Program-made: the position numbers and the translations under genes
Source: the human T2T-CHM13v2.0 reference genome, Homo sapiens
Direction: 5' to 3' (one strand)
Length of the DNA stretch: 64,000 nucleotides
NCBI RefSeq assembly: GCF_009914755.1
Contig: NC_060935.1
Notes under the pieces: generated by a model
What the model saw: only the letters and a program-made list of their open reading frames with translations
Told to the model about the DNA's origin: nothing
Databases searched by the model: none
Shown here: piece by piece, positions 1 to 12,945 of the stretch
Layout of the letters: every line of letters begins with the position of its first letter
Numbering within the stretch: the stretch's first letter is position 1

Positions 1-790
1 GACACTTCTCAAAAGAAGATATACATGTGGCCAACAAATACATGAAAAAATGCTCAGTATCACTAATCATTAGAGAAATGCAAATCAAAACCTCAATGAA
101 ATACCGTCTCACACCAGTCAGAATGGCTATTATAAAAAAAGTCAAAAAGAACCAGATGCTGCCAAGGTTGCAGAGAAAAGGGAACACTTTTACACAGCTG
201 GTTGGAATGTAAATTAGTTCAGCCACTGTGGAAAGCAGTTTAGAGAATTCTCGAAAAAATTGAAAATGGAACTACCATTCAACCTGACAGTCTCTCTATT
301 AGGTATATACAGAAAGGAAAATAGTATTCTCCTAAAAATACACATGTTCTCACATGTTCTTCAAAGTGCTAGTCACAATAGCAAAGATGTGGAATCAGCC
401 AAGATGCCCATCAATGGTGGACTGAATAAAGAACATGCAACACATACACGACGTGCAAAAAACTATACAGTCATGTTTTTTGCAGCAACATCAATGCAGC
501 TGGAGGCCATTATCTTAGACAAACTAACAAAGAACATAAACCAAATACAGCATGTTCTCACTTATAAGTGGTAGCTAAACACTGAGTACACATGGACACA
601 TATATGCGAAAATGGACACTGGATCTTTCTTGAGGGAGAAGATGGGACAGGTCATGGGTTGGAAGGCTACCTATAGGATTCTATGCCACTACCTTGGTGA
701 CAGTATCATTTGTACACAAAGCCTCAGTAACACACAATTTACCCATGTAACAAACCTGCACACGTATTCCCTGAACCTAAAATAAAACTA
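1..790 (+). mobile_element. L1 3' portion (end of ORF2 + 3'UTR), L1PA15-16/L1PB-like; continues past the window start
   Basis: ORF 27-212 ([34 protein letters not shown]) is a degenerate L1 ORF2p C-terminus. The 3'UTR ends acccatgtaacaaacctgcac...ctgaacctaaaataaaa. Confidence 0.92.
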
Positions 791-944
791 GGAAAAAGAA
801 AGACTGGTTTAGTTTTACCAATAGGCAATTCACAAAAATGAATAATAAATACATTAAAATTTTCAATCTCATTAATAAAACAAAGCAAAGTACATTATAA
901 AGATGTCGTTTTCTTCCATAAAATTGGCAAAGATGTTTTTCTTT

Positions 945-1235
945 TTTAAGTCAAATTTATTGAGATATAATTTATATACTCATCTTTTTTCCCAAGGCAT
1001 CTAGTCATGTGATCACATCACAATTAAGATGTGTAGAATATTGTGATTACCACGAAAATTTCCCCTGTACCACTCTGTAGTCAACCCCCTTCCTCCCATC
1101 ATTTCCAGCCCCTTGCAATCACCAATCTTTGTTCTTCCGATATGTAGTTTTGTGTTTTTCAAAATGTTATATCAAAATAATAATATAGTATGTAGCCTTT
1201 TCAGTCTGGCTTCTATCCTTAGCATAATGCTTTTT
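945..1235 (-). mobile_element. Old L1M (L1MC/ME-like) 3' end fragment
   Basis: tttattgagatataatttatatac...cacaattaagat...tagtcaacccc...tatgtagccttttcagtctggcttct resembles the reverse complement of an old L1M 3'UTR. Confidence 0.65.
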
Positions 1236-1239
1236 CGTT

Positions 1240-1648
1240 GTAATTTCAACTTCTATTTTAGATGTAGGTGGTACATGTTCAGGTTTGTTACAAGGGAATA
1301 TTGCATGATGCTAAGGTTTGGGGTACAGATCTCTTTACCCTGAGCATAGTACCCAACATGTAGTTTTGCAACCCTTGCCCCTCTCCCTGCCTCCTCCTTC
1401 TAGTCATCTGCAGGGCCTATTGTTCCCATGTCTACTTCCATATGTGCTCAGTATTTAACTTCCACTTATAGTAAGTGAGAAAACACAATATTCAGTTTCC
1501 TGTTCCTACGTTAATTAACTGAGTAATATGGCCTCCTACTGCATCCATCTTGCTGCAAAGGACATGATTTCATTCTTTCTTATGGTTGCATAGTATTCTC
1601 TGGTGTATATATGTACCACATTTTCTTTATTCAATATACTATTGATTC
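1240..1648 (-). mobile_element. L1PA13-16-like 3' end fragment
   Basis: ggtacatgttcaggtttgttacaagg...gcatccatcttgctgcaaaggacatgatttcattctttt...gtaccacattttctttatt is reverse-strand L1P 3'UTR. Confidence 0.85.
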
Positions 1649-1693
1649 TATGCGACAAAGATTTTTTAAAATCTTAATATCTTTAAAGATTAG

Positions 1694-1830
1694 ATACAGT
1701 GTACACTACTTGGGTGACAAGTCCACTAAAATCTCAGAATTTGCCACTGTATAATTCATTTATGTAACAGAGAAACACTTGTACCCAAAAAGCTATTGAA
1801 ATAAAAATTTAAAACACTAAAATAAAATAA
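1694..1830 (+). mobile_element. L1PB/L1MA extreme 3' end fragment
   Basis: tacagtgtacactacttgggtgac...aaaatctcagaattt...cacttgtacccaaaagctattgaaataaaaa followed by an A-rich tail. Confidence 0.8.
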
Positions 1831-2112
1831 AATCTCAATATCTGCTCTTATTAAGGAGTTAAGGGACTATAAAATCTTGTTCTTCTAGTGGAAGAAGAAA
1901 TTAATATTTTTCTAAGATCAATTTTGAAATATGTATACAAGTCTTGATTATTTGAGAGATTTATCTGAAGGCAATAATTGTCAACGAACACAAAGCTTTG
2001 CCACAATAAAGCAACATTGATTTTTATAAAAGCAAAAATTGGAAACAGCTTCGAAATTGCTTCTAACATGAGACTGATCAAATAAATCTGGGTTCTAAAA
2101 TGGAAAACTAAG

Positions 2113-2456
2113 TGTATTAGGCCATTTTCACACTGCTGATAAAGACATACCTGAGACTAGGCAATTTACAAAGGAAAGAGGTTTATTGGACTTACAGTTC
2201 TAAGTGGCTGGGGAGGCCTCACAATCATGGTGGAAGATGAAAGCCATGTCTCACATGGCAGCAGACAAGAGAAGGGAGATTGTGCAGGGAAATTCCTGTT
2301 TGTAAAACCATCAGATGTTGTGAGGCTTATTCACTATCACAAAAACAGCATGGGAAAGACCCGCCCCCATGATTCAATTACCTCCCACTAGGTCCCTCTC
2401 ATAACATGTGGGAATTCAAGATGAGATTTGGGTGGGGACATAGTCAAACTATGCTA
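2113..2456 (-). mobile_element. THE1C-like solo LTR (ERVL-MaLR)
   Basis: Starts tgtattaggccattttcacactgctgataaagacatacc and ends ggaattcaagatgagatttgggtggggaca..., the reverse complement of the THE1 LTR. Confidence 0.9.
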
Positions 2457-2707
2457 CTAGACAATCATTTAAAAATGACATTGCATGAATAGGCAGAAAA
2501 TGGTATATTTTTTAGGGCAGTGAATCTACTCTATATGAAACTATATTGGTGGTACAAGTCATATAGATTTTTCCAAACCCAAAGAATATACAGTACAAAG
2601 AGTGAACCATAATGTAAGCTATGGACTTTGAGTGTAGGTTCATCAATTGTAACAAATTATAACCTCCATCCTACTGGTGGGGGATGTTGATAATGGAGGA
2701 AGATACC

Positions 2708-4448
2708 TGATATAGTCTGGATATTTTTTCTTGCCCAAACCTCATGTTGAAATGTAATTCCAATGTTGAAGGTGGGTGGGGCCTGATGGGACCTATTTGG
2801 ATCATGGGGGCAGATCCCTCATGGCTTGTTGCTGTTTTCACAATAGTGAGTTCTCATGAGATCTGGTCATTTAAAAGTGTGTGGCATCTCCCCACTTTTC
2901 TCCTGTTCCAGCCATGTGACATTCCTTCTCCTCCTTCACCTTCCTCTATGACTGTAGGCTTCCTGAGGCCTCCTCAGAAGCCAAGCAGATGTCAGCACCA
3001 TGATTGCTGTACAACATACAGAACTGTGAGCTTATTAAACCTCTCTTCTTTGTAAATTACCCAGTATGAGGTATTTCTTTATAGCAATGCAAGAACAGCC
3101 TAACACAGAAAATTGGTACCACAAGTGAGGTATTGCTATAAAGATACCTAAAAATGTGGAAGCAACTTATGAACTGGGTAACAGGCAGAGATTGTAAGAG
3201 TTTGAAGGGCTCAGAAGAAGATAGGAGGATGAAAGTTTGGAACTTCTTAGAGACTTGTTAAATGGTTGTTACCAAAGTACCAATAGTGATTTGGACAGTG
3301 AAGTCCAGGCTGATGAGGTCTCAGATGGAAATGAGGAACTTATGGAGAACTGGAGCAAGTCATGTGTGTTATACCTCAGCAAAGTGCTTGGCTACATTTG
3401 TTCATTCCCTAGAGATCTGTAGAAGTTTGAACTTCCATGATGATTTAGGGCATCTGGCAGAATAAACTTATAAGCAGCAAAATGTTGAAGATGTGGCCTG
3501 GTTGATTGTAACAGCCAAAGCTCAGATGCAGGAGCAAGAGACTGACTTAAAGTTGGAAGCTGTATTTAAAAGAAAAGCAGAATTTACACGTTTGGAAAAT
3601 TTGCAGCCTGGCCATGTGGAAGAGAAAGAAAAAGCTTTCTTGGAAGAGGAATTCAAGTGGGCTGTGGAGCAACCACTTGTTAGAGATATTTGCATAACGA
3701 AAAGGGAGCAAAGTTGTAATATCCAAGACACTGGGTAGAAGGGATTTGGCTTGTCTCAAATGAGACCTTGGAGTTTTGAATTAATGCTAGAATGAGTTAA
3801 GACTTTGGGGCAGTGTAAGGAAGGCATGATTATACTTTGCAATGTGAGAAGGACATCAGATTTTGGAGGGGTAAGTGGCAGAATATAGTTTGGAGACTTG
3901 TCTCACCCAAATCTCATGTGAAATGTAATCTCCAATGCTGGAGATAGGGGCTGGTGACAGGTGTTTGGATCATGGAGGCAGATTCCTTATGGCTTGGTGC
4001 TGTCTTTGTGATAGTGAGTTCCCATTAGATCTGGTCATTTAAAAATGTGTGGCAGCTGGGCATGGTGGCACACACCTGTAGTTCCGGCTACTCAGGAGGC
4101 TGAGGTGGGAGGATCACTTGAGCCTGGGAGGTCAAGGCTGTAGTGAGCCACGATGATGCCACTGCACTCCAGCCTTGGTGACAGAGTGAGACACTGTCTC
4201 AAAAAAAAAAAAAAGCGTGGGATTTTACAACCCCTCTCTTTCTCCTGCTCTGGCCCTGTGGCATGCTTTCTCCCCCTTCACTTTCTGTCATGATTGTAAG
4301 CATCCTGGGGACTCCCCAGAAGCCAAGCAGATAGCAGCACCATGCTTCCTGTAAAGCCTACAGGATCATGAGCTAATTAAACCTGTTTTATTTATAAGTT
4401 ACCCATTCTAAAATATTTCTTTATAGCAATGCAAAAACAGCCTAACAT
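2708..4448 (+). mobile_element. MST (MSTA/MSTB-like) MaLR: 5'LTR 2708-3107, shortened internal region 3108-~3880, 3'LTR ~3882-4448
   Basis: Two homologous LTRs (tgatatagt...aaatgtaat...gagatctggtcatttaaaa...cagaagccaagcagat...cagcctaaca). The internal region begins gaaaattggtacc, typical of MaLR-int. Confidence 0.9.
4054..4213 (+). mobile_element. Alu single right arm (FRAM or 5'-truncated AluJ) inside the MST 3'LTR
   Basis: gctgggcatggtggcacacacctgtagtt...ggatcacttgagcctgggaggtcaaggctg...gagacactgtctc followed by an A tail. Confidence 0.9.
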
Positions 4449-5019
4449 CATGCATGAAGAATTACAGGGGGGTGCATAGAGAAAATCTCTGTACCTTCTG
4501 CTCAATTTTGCTTTGAAACCAAAACTGCTCTAAAAAATAAAGTCAACTTTTTAAATGACATTGCAAAACAAAAACTAATAATGTGGAAAATATTTATACT
4601 TTAAAAGGTGAAATGCTTAATGTTAAAATAGTTTTTTCCTTTATTTCTTACATTTTGTTTTCCTGTAAAAAATTAACTTTTATTTTTTTAATTTAAAAGT
4701 AATAGAATGTTGCAGGAAGAAAGAAAAGAGAACACAGAAATTTTAGGGCAAACCCAGTTGGAAAATGGAGAATAAAGAGCAAAATTTATGCTGGGTGAGT
4801 TAAGAAAGGACATAATGAGGGTATGGGGTAGGTGGATTAGAGTCATTCAGAACTGGTCCATGACTGGAGAGCATCCAACAGGATATCCTTTTACTTGATA
4901 ACTGATGTGTATGACGAGGAAACACAACTAACAGGAAGGATGTACACAGAAGAAAGTAAGTGGGGCTTCTGTGTTAATTGCAGGTTTTCCCAAAAATTCT
5001 TGTCAATTGGCTGTAATCC

Positions 5020-5310
5020 CTTGGAAACCTTAGGGTTACATTTACTATTTCAGAATGTACAGTGAGTCTTATAATATGATTATAATAACTACATTTATAG
5101 ACTTATTAGAGAATTAAATGAGATGTCATATATAAAATACTTAGCACTGTACTTGCCACAAAGTGAGCAATAACTGATAGACATTTTTAAATTATCGTCA
5201 CTTTATCATCATTAATTATTATCATCAAATTGAAGCTCAAAGAGATTAAATGACTTGCTCAAGGCCACCCAACTAGAAAAGAATTCCAGCTTATCTTTGT
5301 ATTCTAATCT
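5020..5310. mobile_element. Two MIR fragments in opposite orientations
   Basis: gaattaaatgagat...aaaatacttagcactgtacttgccaca (+ core) and gaagctcaaagagattaaatgacttgctcaaggccacccaactag (- core). Confidence 0.7.
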
Positions 5311-5759
5311 ATTTAACTCCCAAGGCTTTTTCTCTTCTGCCTGTTTAGAAAGCTTGGGGTGATGGAATACCAGCATCAGAATGCAAAAAATGAAGTGTGC
5401 AACTCCACCCAGTTTGGGAATCTGGAATTGCTGTTCCAATACACTTTTATAGCAATTCTACAGATGTTGTTTAGTGCTGAGCATGAAGACTGAGGGACAG
5501 GGTGGCCAAGGGAAATATCTTCTGCTGAATAATCATAATTTTCACTTAGGATTTTTTATTTAAAATGCTGTTAACCTGGAATGTAACTGATCTGGCCAAG
5601 AAGGTGAAACTCACATTTATGATTTATTCACTCAACCAATAAATATTTCATGAAAGTATACCATGTAATAGACTCTAGTATTACAAAAATAAATTAGACT
5701 GTGATCCCTGCCTCCATGTAAATTAATCTATTATTATTTTTCACCTTTTTCGTCTTGTT

Positions 5760-7080
5760 CCTCTTTCCTATTTCCATTCGTTTGGTGAAAAGGCTATTCA
5801 TTTCCCCTTGTAATTTGAGATTTCCACTGTACTTTTACACCCTATTTAGAGTTAACTTTTCTTTCTAAACACAGTAACAAGACACATTCTAAATTATTTT
5901 TTAAATGTTGGAGGCTAATCCCTTGTCCAAGGTGTTCTATTGATTTGCCTTTCTCCAATGCAGCTAGTCCATTAAAGAGGTTTCCTTTCCCAAATTCCCT
6001 CACTCTGGGAGATCTGCGAAAGGCATTTATTTTATCCCTCTTTCTCATGAAACTCTCCAGTTTGCTATTCCTTTGGTACTTTTGGTTTGAGGTTATTATT
6101 AGCTTTTCGCTTGCAGTTTGTCTTTTCTAGTTTAACAATTCCTGTTTTGTGCTTAAATTCCACATTCCCAGTTACACTCCAATTATCCACTTAGATTTTG
6201 ACTATAACTATTGCAAAATTTATCACCCTTCTTTTCTCTCTGATTCTTATTCTACTATATGGAAGTCTCAATTCGGATCTGTTTGCTGTTTTTTAGTTTA
6301 TAGAGAAATATTCCCTCAGACGGGATAACTGAGTGGTAGGTACTCTTTAGCATCTTGAATATCTGGACATATCTTTCTCTCATCATGGAAAGCAAATGTG
6401 ATACTTGGGTTGCAGTCCTTCTTGCTAATATTCTCTACAAGTTACTCTACCATTTTTTAGCTTCCAGTGTTGCATATGAAAATCAAATGCTTATTTGATT
6501 TTTATTTTTGTAGATAAATTGTTTTCGCATCAAAAGTTCATGAGTTCTCTTTATTCTTGGAGCTGTGGAATTTTACCAGAATAAGCCTAGATATGTTTCT
6601 TCTAACATCTAACATCTTCACAATCTAACATTCAGTTGGTACTTTTTCATATTCATGATACGTTACTAATTTATTTGTTGTTTTTCTTCAACTATTCTCT
6701 TTCCGTTCTTTGGAAATTTTATTATTTTAACATGGTAAGTATCCTGGATCTCTTCTCCAGGAAACATTTCCATAATCATTTCCATTTCTTGGTATTTTTA
6801 TTTGTTCTGAGATATTTATTCCAGGTCCTAACAGGTCTCAACCATAACCCTTGCCTTCTTCTACTTGTCTACATGCTTTTTAAGGTCCCAATTCATGTTT
6901 ATAAACAGAAAAAGATTGCTTAAAAAAAATTGATTCATTATAGGTAATCTTTTACATTTTAAAATCATGTTATCTCCTCTAGCACTACCATTCCTCTTGA
7001 ACATGTCTTTTCTCTGTCTTCTATTTTTTTTCCCTGTTTGTTGGGTTCATTTGCCTGATCAGTAGATTTTAGGTACAGTT
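5760..7080 (-). mobile_element. Highly decayed L1M/HAL1-like ORF1-region fragment
   Basis: T-rich tract containing ttttagcttccagtgttgcatatgaaaatcaaatgc...ttctctttattcttggag...ttttaccagaataagcctag, typical of antisense old L1 ORF1. Boundaries approximate. Confidence 0.5.
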
Positions 7081-10000
7081 GTTGGGGTACCTTAAGTGAC
7101 AGCAGTCTTTGATTGTCAAGAAGCACAGAAGTCTCCACACATGAGATCCACGTCAAACAGCTATCATGAGAATAAACTTTTTCTGTTTTATCATCTCCTA
7201 AAATAATAATACTGGCAATAGCTGGCAAAGGCTGACACTCTTCCATTGTCAGGAGGAGAAGAAATAAAAAAAAAACACCTGTTTAACTGACCAGCTCTTG
7301 CTACTAAAAGTGTGGTCTTTGGACCAGCAGCAGTGGACTCAAAAGTAAAAACTTTGTAAAGGCCATGAGCTGATCAGTGGAAGCCCTTGATGCCCAACTT
7401 GTCTGACTATTAGTCACACCAATTAGATTGGATAGATGCATGGCTTTAGTACGGTGTTGTGCCTCAGGACATGCACATAGACTTAACATGATGTATTATT
7501 TCTTGTTGAGCACAACCTACCTAAAATGATGACTACTAAATAGCATACAATGAGTATAGCACATAGTACACTCAAAGAGCCCCAAGATTATGGAATAGTA
7601 ACATTCCACAGAAAATTTGAGATTCAGAACTTGCAATGATGCTTTCCAAGATCTGTAGGATTCTAGGATTTATGAGATCTGATAGATTATTTTGGGATGA
7701 ATAGATTCCTGAGTAGAGCCAGTTTATATAGCTTTGTCATTATTCATGAAACACATTTCAACTCAAGGTCCCAAGTCAAATTTCATCAATGATTGCTTTC
7801 AAGCATAATAAGTACAACTTTAATAGATTTACAGCATCTTAAGAAGTTGCAAGTTGACTGAGAATTACCCAATGAAGGGTCAACATTCAGAAATCCATGG
7901 AATTGCCCCAAATAAGTTCCTTTTTCCTTCAATTTTATAATCAGGCATCATATGGCTATATTTTTCACTGTTCTGTGATTTCCTTTCTTTGGAAAAGGCC
8001 ATATAATTTTATACATTACTTCATTTTGTTTGTTTTAAGGTGTTTTGAAAAATCAAACTGGGATCCTTTTTGATATGTAGAAGTTAAGTAGTCTAATATC
8101 TTTCATCCAATGAGGAACATAATGGAAGAAACTTATATAAGTACATTTAAATATAAGTAATATGTTTGGCAACATAATGTTGGTTGTGCTAGAATTTATC
8201 TGGAGACATTTTTAGTATTTATGAACAAGTGCATTATGTCACAAAATGCGGAGAGCCCACAAAAAGGTGACAAGAGTACCAGACAGGGCCTAAAAAGAGA
8301 CACATTTTGAGTTTTCATTATTCCTATTTCTCCTGGGCATGCCCCATCATTATTTGTTGTGGGATTTGGATCATTGCAGCAATTGAAAGGAAAAGGTTAT
8401 AAGTTAGTATATAATTTAGTCATAAATGTTAACTAAATAAAACTAAATAAAGCTTTACCCTCCCCCCACAAAAAAAAAACCTTTACACTAAATTTGCTAC
8501 AATTCTTTGCCTTCTCCAGTGAAACTGCCATGTAAAAACATCCTAAGATTTCTTAAGTCACGTTGGTCCATCTTTTCTTTGATGTCATGGGATCACATAA
8601 AAGATGGCGTATAGCAGGGCTCCTGTTGGCAGTAAAAGCATGATGTCACTGAATCAATCATCCAGTCCCCATTAAATCATGGGGCAAAAAGTATCAGCAC
8701 ATTCCATGTTCTTTGCTGCTCTTAAAATCAAGTACACCACAGAACCCTCACTAGGCCTCCAACATTTCACCAAATTTTGGTCTCTGATTCTTAGTTATGT
8801 TTTATTATTCAGGTACAGAAATCATAGCTTCCATGGGTGGGAAACAAGGAAAGATAGAAAGGCCACATTTTGGTGATACACACTTCCCCCATGTCTCTAA
8901 TCATGAAAGGTCTTCTTGCTCTTCTGTTGTGTAGAAGTAGGTGCTACAAGCAAAGCTGATCTTATATAACCTACCTCTTTCTTCTACTTCTTCATTCTTG
9001 ATCCTCAGGATCTGACACATTTCCCTGACCCCAAATTCCCTCTTTTTTCCTTTCTCACTCTCTACACTCCCTGCACTGTATTTGTTCAAGGTGGAGCCTC
9101 GGGCTATATCTTCTAAAGTATTGGAGCTGATAAAAGCTATAGTGCTTACTCAAGTCCAGATTCCTCTTTTTACCTGTGAGTAAATTGTAGACCAGAAAGA
9201 AAAAGTCATTAGACCAAGTTAACACAACCATACTTTGGCCACAATAGCACTACATTCTGGGTCTTCTAATTTTCAGCCAAGTCTCCTTTCTATTCCCCTC
9301 ATGCCTTGTTGTACAGAAACAAAGAAAAAAAATGACTTAACATATGACCTATCATATAAAAGTAATTTTTAATTATGACTTTATAATTTCGTAAATTGGG
9401 ATTTGAGTATCTCACTTCCTGTCTCTCATCTCTGACCTACAAAGCTAGTATGAAATAATTAGAAAAGACACCCCCATTATTCATTGATATTTAGAAAGAT
9501 CTGACCCAGAAAGATGCCATTTTACCAGAAATACAGTATTATCCATTTAGTTATTTAAGTCCAACAAATATGTTTGAAGGCATACTTCAAAATCAAGTCA
9601 TGAGCATTAGATATATAAACAGTCAACTTCCTGGAAAAGCTAACAACTTGAAAAGAGATGATTTCCTCTAAGGACCCAACTTCTCCTAGTGGAAAATACA
9701 TTATCTCACAAATAGGAGCTTGTTTCCTGCTTTTTGTTAATAAGGGAAGCCAATGTTAGAATGAAGGCCTCAGGGATGAAAATAAAATGAGTGGAACAGT
9801 TCTTGGCAAGGCTGCCTGAGGGATTTGGCTTCTTGACAGTGAAAATAGGCCTCAACTATATAAATTATGCAGGTTGGGACAGCCTAAGTCTCAGCCTTCC
9901 TAGATGGAGTCATGTGGGAAAGAACGTCTAGACATGAGAAATCAAGTTATTGCTTTTATAACTCCCATTTTAAAAACTGCTAAGAGCAGTACCTGCAATG

Positions 10001-10310
10001 GACTGTAATGTAGAACTATGTAATGTCTATCAAATTTACTGCAGCAGTCATATGAAGCAGATATTTGGACCAGCTAGAAATGATCAATTATTCCAAACAC
10101 TGTCATCATTTAAAAACATCCTGCTTCTTGCTTTTGGAAAGAACAATTACTTACACTCTTAAAAAACAGTTTGTAAGAGGAGAAATTCAGCAGAAAATAG
10201 ACCTGCATATGCTATTTATGAGCTCTACAATGATAAACCTCCTCATTGCCTCCAAGGAAAACAGAGACCCTCTTGTAGAGGTTTCTTGCATCTCAATTTG
10301 CAGGTTAGAA

Positions 10311-10772
10311 ACACTGTTCACAACAGCAAAGACTTGGAACCAACCAAAATGCCCATCAATGATAGACTGGATAAAGAAAATGTGGCACATATACACCATG
10401 GAATACTAAGCAGCCATAAAAAAGGATGAGTTCATGTCTTTTACAGGAACATGGATGAAGCTGGAAACCATCATTCTCAGCAAAAGTAACACAAGAACAG
10501 AAAACCAAACACCGCATGTTCTCACTCATAAGTGGGAGTTGAACAATGAGAACACATGGACATGGGAGGGTGGGGGCAGGGGGCATCACACACCAGCACC
10601 TGCCAGGGGGTTGGGGGCTTGGGGAGGGATAGCATTAGGAGAAATGCCAATGTAGATGATGGGTTGATGGGTGCAGCAAACCACCATGGCACGTGTATAC
10701 CTATGTAACAAACCTGCACATTCTGCACATGTATCCCAGATCTTAAAGTGCAATAATAATAATAATAATAAA
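10311..10772 (+). mobile_element. 5'-truncated L1PA (about L1PA7-8) 3' end with (AAT)n tail
   Basis: Encodes LFTTAKTWNQPKCPSMIDWIKKMWHIYTMEY (L1 ORF2p C-terminus). The G-rich 3'UTR ends gcacatgtatcccagatcttaaagtgc(aat)n. Confidence 0.95.
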
Positions 10773-11189
10773 CACTAAGGAAAACAATAAACCAAACTGT
10801 GAGCTATTATTAGTTTAAAGTGACTAGCCATAATTAACAATGGTAGTACATATTTTGGATGGTTATAAAAAAATCAAAGAGAATTCAAAACTCTGAAACA
10901 AAAGACCAAAATATGTTAAATGTAGTAAGAATCAATGGAAAGTCATGTATTTGGGTCTTAAAAGACAATTGCCCAACCACAGCTTGGACTTTCAGTTTAC
11001 TACAAAAGCAATAACTAATAATGTAGTGAAACACCTAAAATAGCCAATGAAATCTTTACTTATCGAGTATAAATAAGATTCTACATCAGAAATGATAATT
11101 CCACTCTTATTCCTGAACTTGTCTAAACCTATACCTTGTGCATTGAGTTGATCTTTTAATCAAACATTTTACATACATCCTCAATGCCC

Positions 11190-11340
11190 ATAAAAACTAT
11201 TAGGTAAATGTTATTTTTTACTCCCATTTTACATACAAAGAAATAGACGCTAAAACATTAAACAACTTTCATGAGATTATACGGATACTAGATGGTAGAG
11301 CTGGGATTTGACCTAGGTAGACCAATTCTAGAGCCTGTAA
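11190..11340 (-). mobile_element. MIR
   Basis: cccattttacatacaaagaaatagacgc...gatggtagagctgggatttgacctagg. Confidence 0.7.
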
Positions 11341-12199
11341 CTAGAAGGCAATAATTTTGATAACAAGTGTGAAGACTGAATTATATGAAAAACAGCAGAA
11401 AGAACTAAAACATTTTATTTTGATTAAAGTAAGTGAAGGACTATAATTTTCTTCAACCATCTGAAGTAATATTATTTGAAGTAATAGCTTGTGGGATAGG
11501 AAATTGCTTTCAAATACAGAACTAGGGTCAGTGTGTAAAAGTGAGGAAAGTTTAGGTTCCAAGTCAAGGTAATTTTTATAGCAATTTGATTTAAAAATAC
11601 AGTGACCCAAGGAATTGTTTAATTTAACAGTGTCCTGTCTTGAATTCAGCCTTTTAACTAGACATTAAATTATGACCCTTCATTGATTCTTTATAATAAG
11701 TGCCAAAAGATGATACAAAGTGGTACAGATATTCTGGAAGTAAAAGAATGTGTTTAGTACAATAACCAGAAAACACTTCATGAAGAAGATAATAGTTAAT
11801 ACTTTAGCTTTGGCTCTGTGATACAATCTTAATTGTTTATATGAGAAATGACAGCCCTGGTAATAGGTATTGAGATGTGGAAGGAAGGCACTGAGATTTT
11901 GAAGAAAGGTAAGATGCAACCATATGATGTAGGAGCTCAAATACAACTGAAACATTTGGGACGCAGTATAGACATTATCAGACATGAATGCAGGAAAGAA
12001 AACTCTGGCACTACTCTGCAATAGATTAAGTGACAATGACAAATATTTATAATACGATTAAGGTCATAAAAGGTTGTCACATACATGTGGCATAATAGTT
12101 ATGGCTATGGCAAGCATAATAAATCTGCTTAGATCTAGTAAGAATTAATGCAGGCTTGAAGAAGGAGATAGGAGTGGAAAAGTAGCAAAGTATACTCGT

Positions 12200-12400
12200 T
12201 AGGAACAACATCTGTAGTCAGTCAGACTTGGGTGTACATCCCCACTTCGTTACTTACTACTTATGTGAATTGGCAAGTGGTGCTCTCAGCCTCAGTTTCT
12301 TCATGGGTTTAAAAATAGCTAACTCATGCATACTTTAAGATTTAAATTACACAATGCATATAAAGCCCACCATATTGGAAGTTCTCAGTAATCACCGGTG
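12200..12400 (+). mobile_element. MIR
   Basis: gtcagacttgggt...tacttactacttatgtgaattggcaagt...ctctcagcctcagtttcttcat. Confidence 0.7.
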
Positions 12401-12787
12401 ATGATGATTAATGATGGGGTGAGGGGAGAAAAGGAGATAGAAGCAGCAGGCACAGGGCTGGGTTAGCCATATGACTTGCCAGATGATTGAATGTATGGAA
12501 TAGGAAAAAAAGGCTGCAGAAGCAGTCAAAAATAACTTAGAATATTCAAGTATTTATAGTTGGGAGAATGGTTGTGCCATTAATAGATCAAGGTTGTCAG
12601 CTAGTGTTGAATTCAGGTTTGAAAGAGAAAAGAAAACAACTGTGGAAACTTTAAGAGGACATGATCTCACTTCTCCCAAACAGAAATTTAGCGCCACTTA
12701 GTCCATCCAGCTGAACCCAGAGCCCCAGTAAAAATGTAGCACCCCAGCTGTTTTGTGGCCTTCTGGTCTCAGCACTCTCCAGCTCCT

Positions 12788-12945
12788 TGCTTCTCAAAAT
12801 TGGGATCACAGACTAGCAGCACTGGAGTCCCCTAGGAGCCCCCAAGGAGCTTGTGAGAAATGCAGAATCTCAGGCTTCTCTGCAAACCAACTGAATCAGA
12901 ATTTGCATTTTAACAGGAGTCCAAGGTGATTAGTATGCACAAAAG
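12788..12945. mobile_element. MER5A (hAT-Charlie MITE)
   Basis: ttctcaaa...agcagcactgg...gagcttgtgagaaatgcagaatctcaggc...actgaatcagaatttgcattttaacagg...ggtgattagtatgcac. Confidence 0.85.

Larger units (their letters stand above)
2490..4550 (+). mobile_element. L1MC/L1MD-like 3' end (about 2490-2707 and 4450-4550), split by an MST insertion
   Basis: ttttagggcagtgaa...gtgaaccataatgtaagctatggacttt...ggggatgttgataatgg resumes at aaatctctgtaccttctgctcaattttgct...aaaactgctctaaaaaataaagtc. Flanked by the direct repeat aaatgacattgca. Confidence 0.8.

Noticed and set aside
1240-1830. Opposite-orientation L1 pieces as a twin-priming inversion
   Set aside because: Both pieces are 3' ends and appear to be different subfamilies, so independent insertions are more likely.
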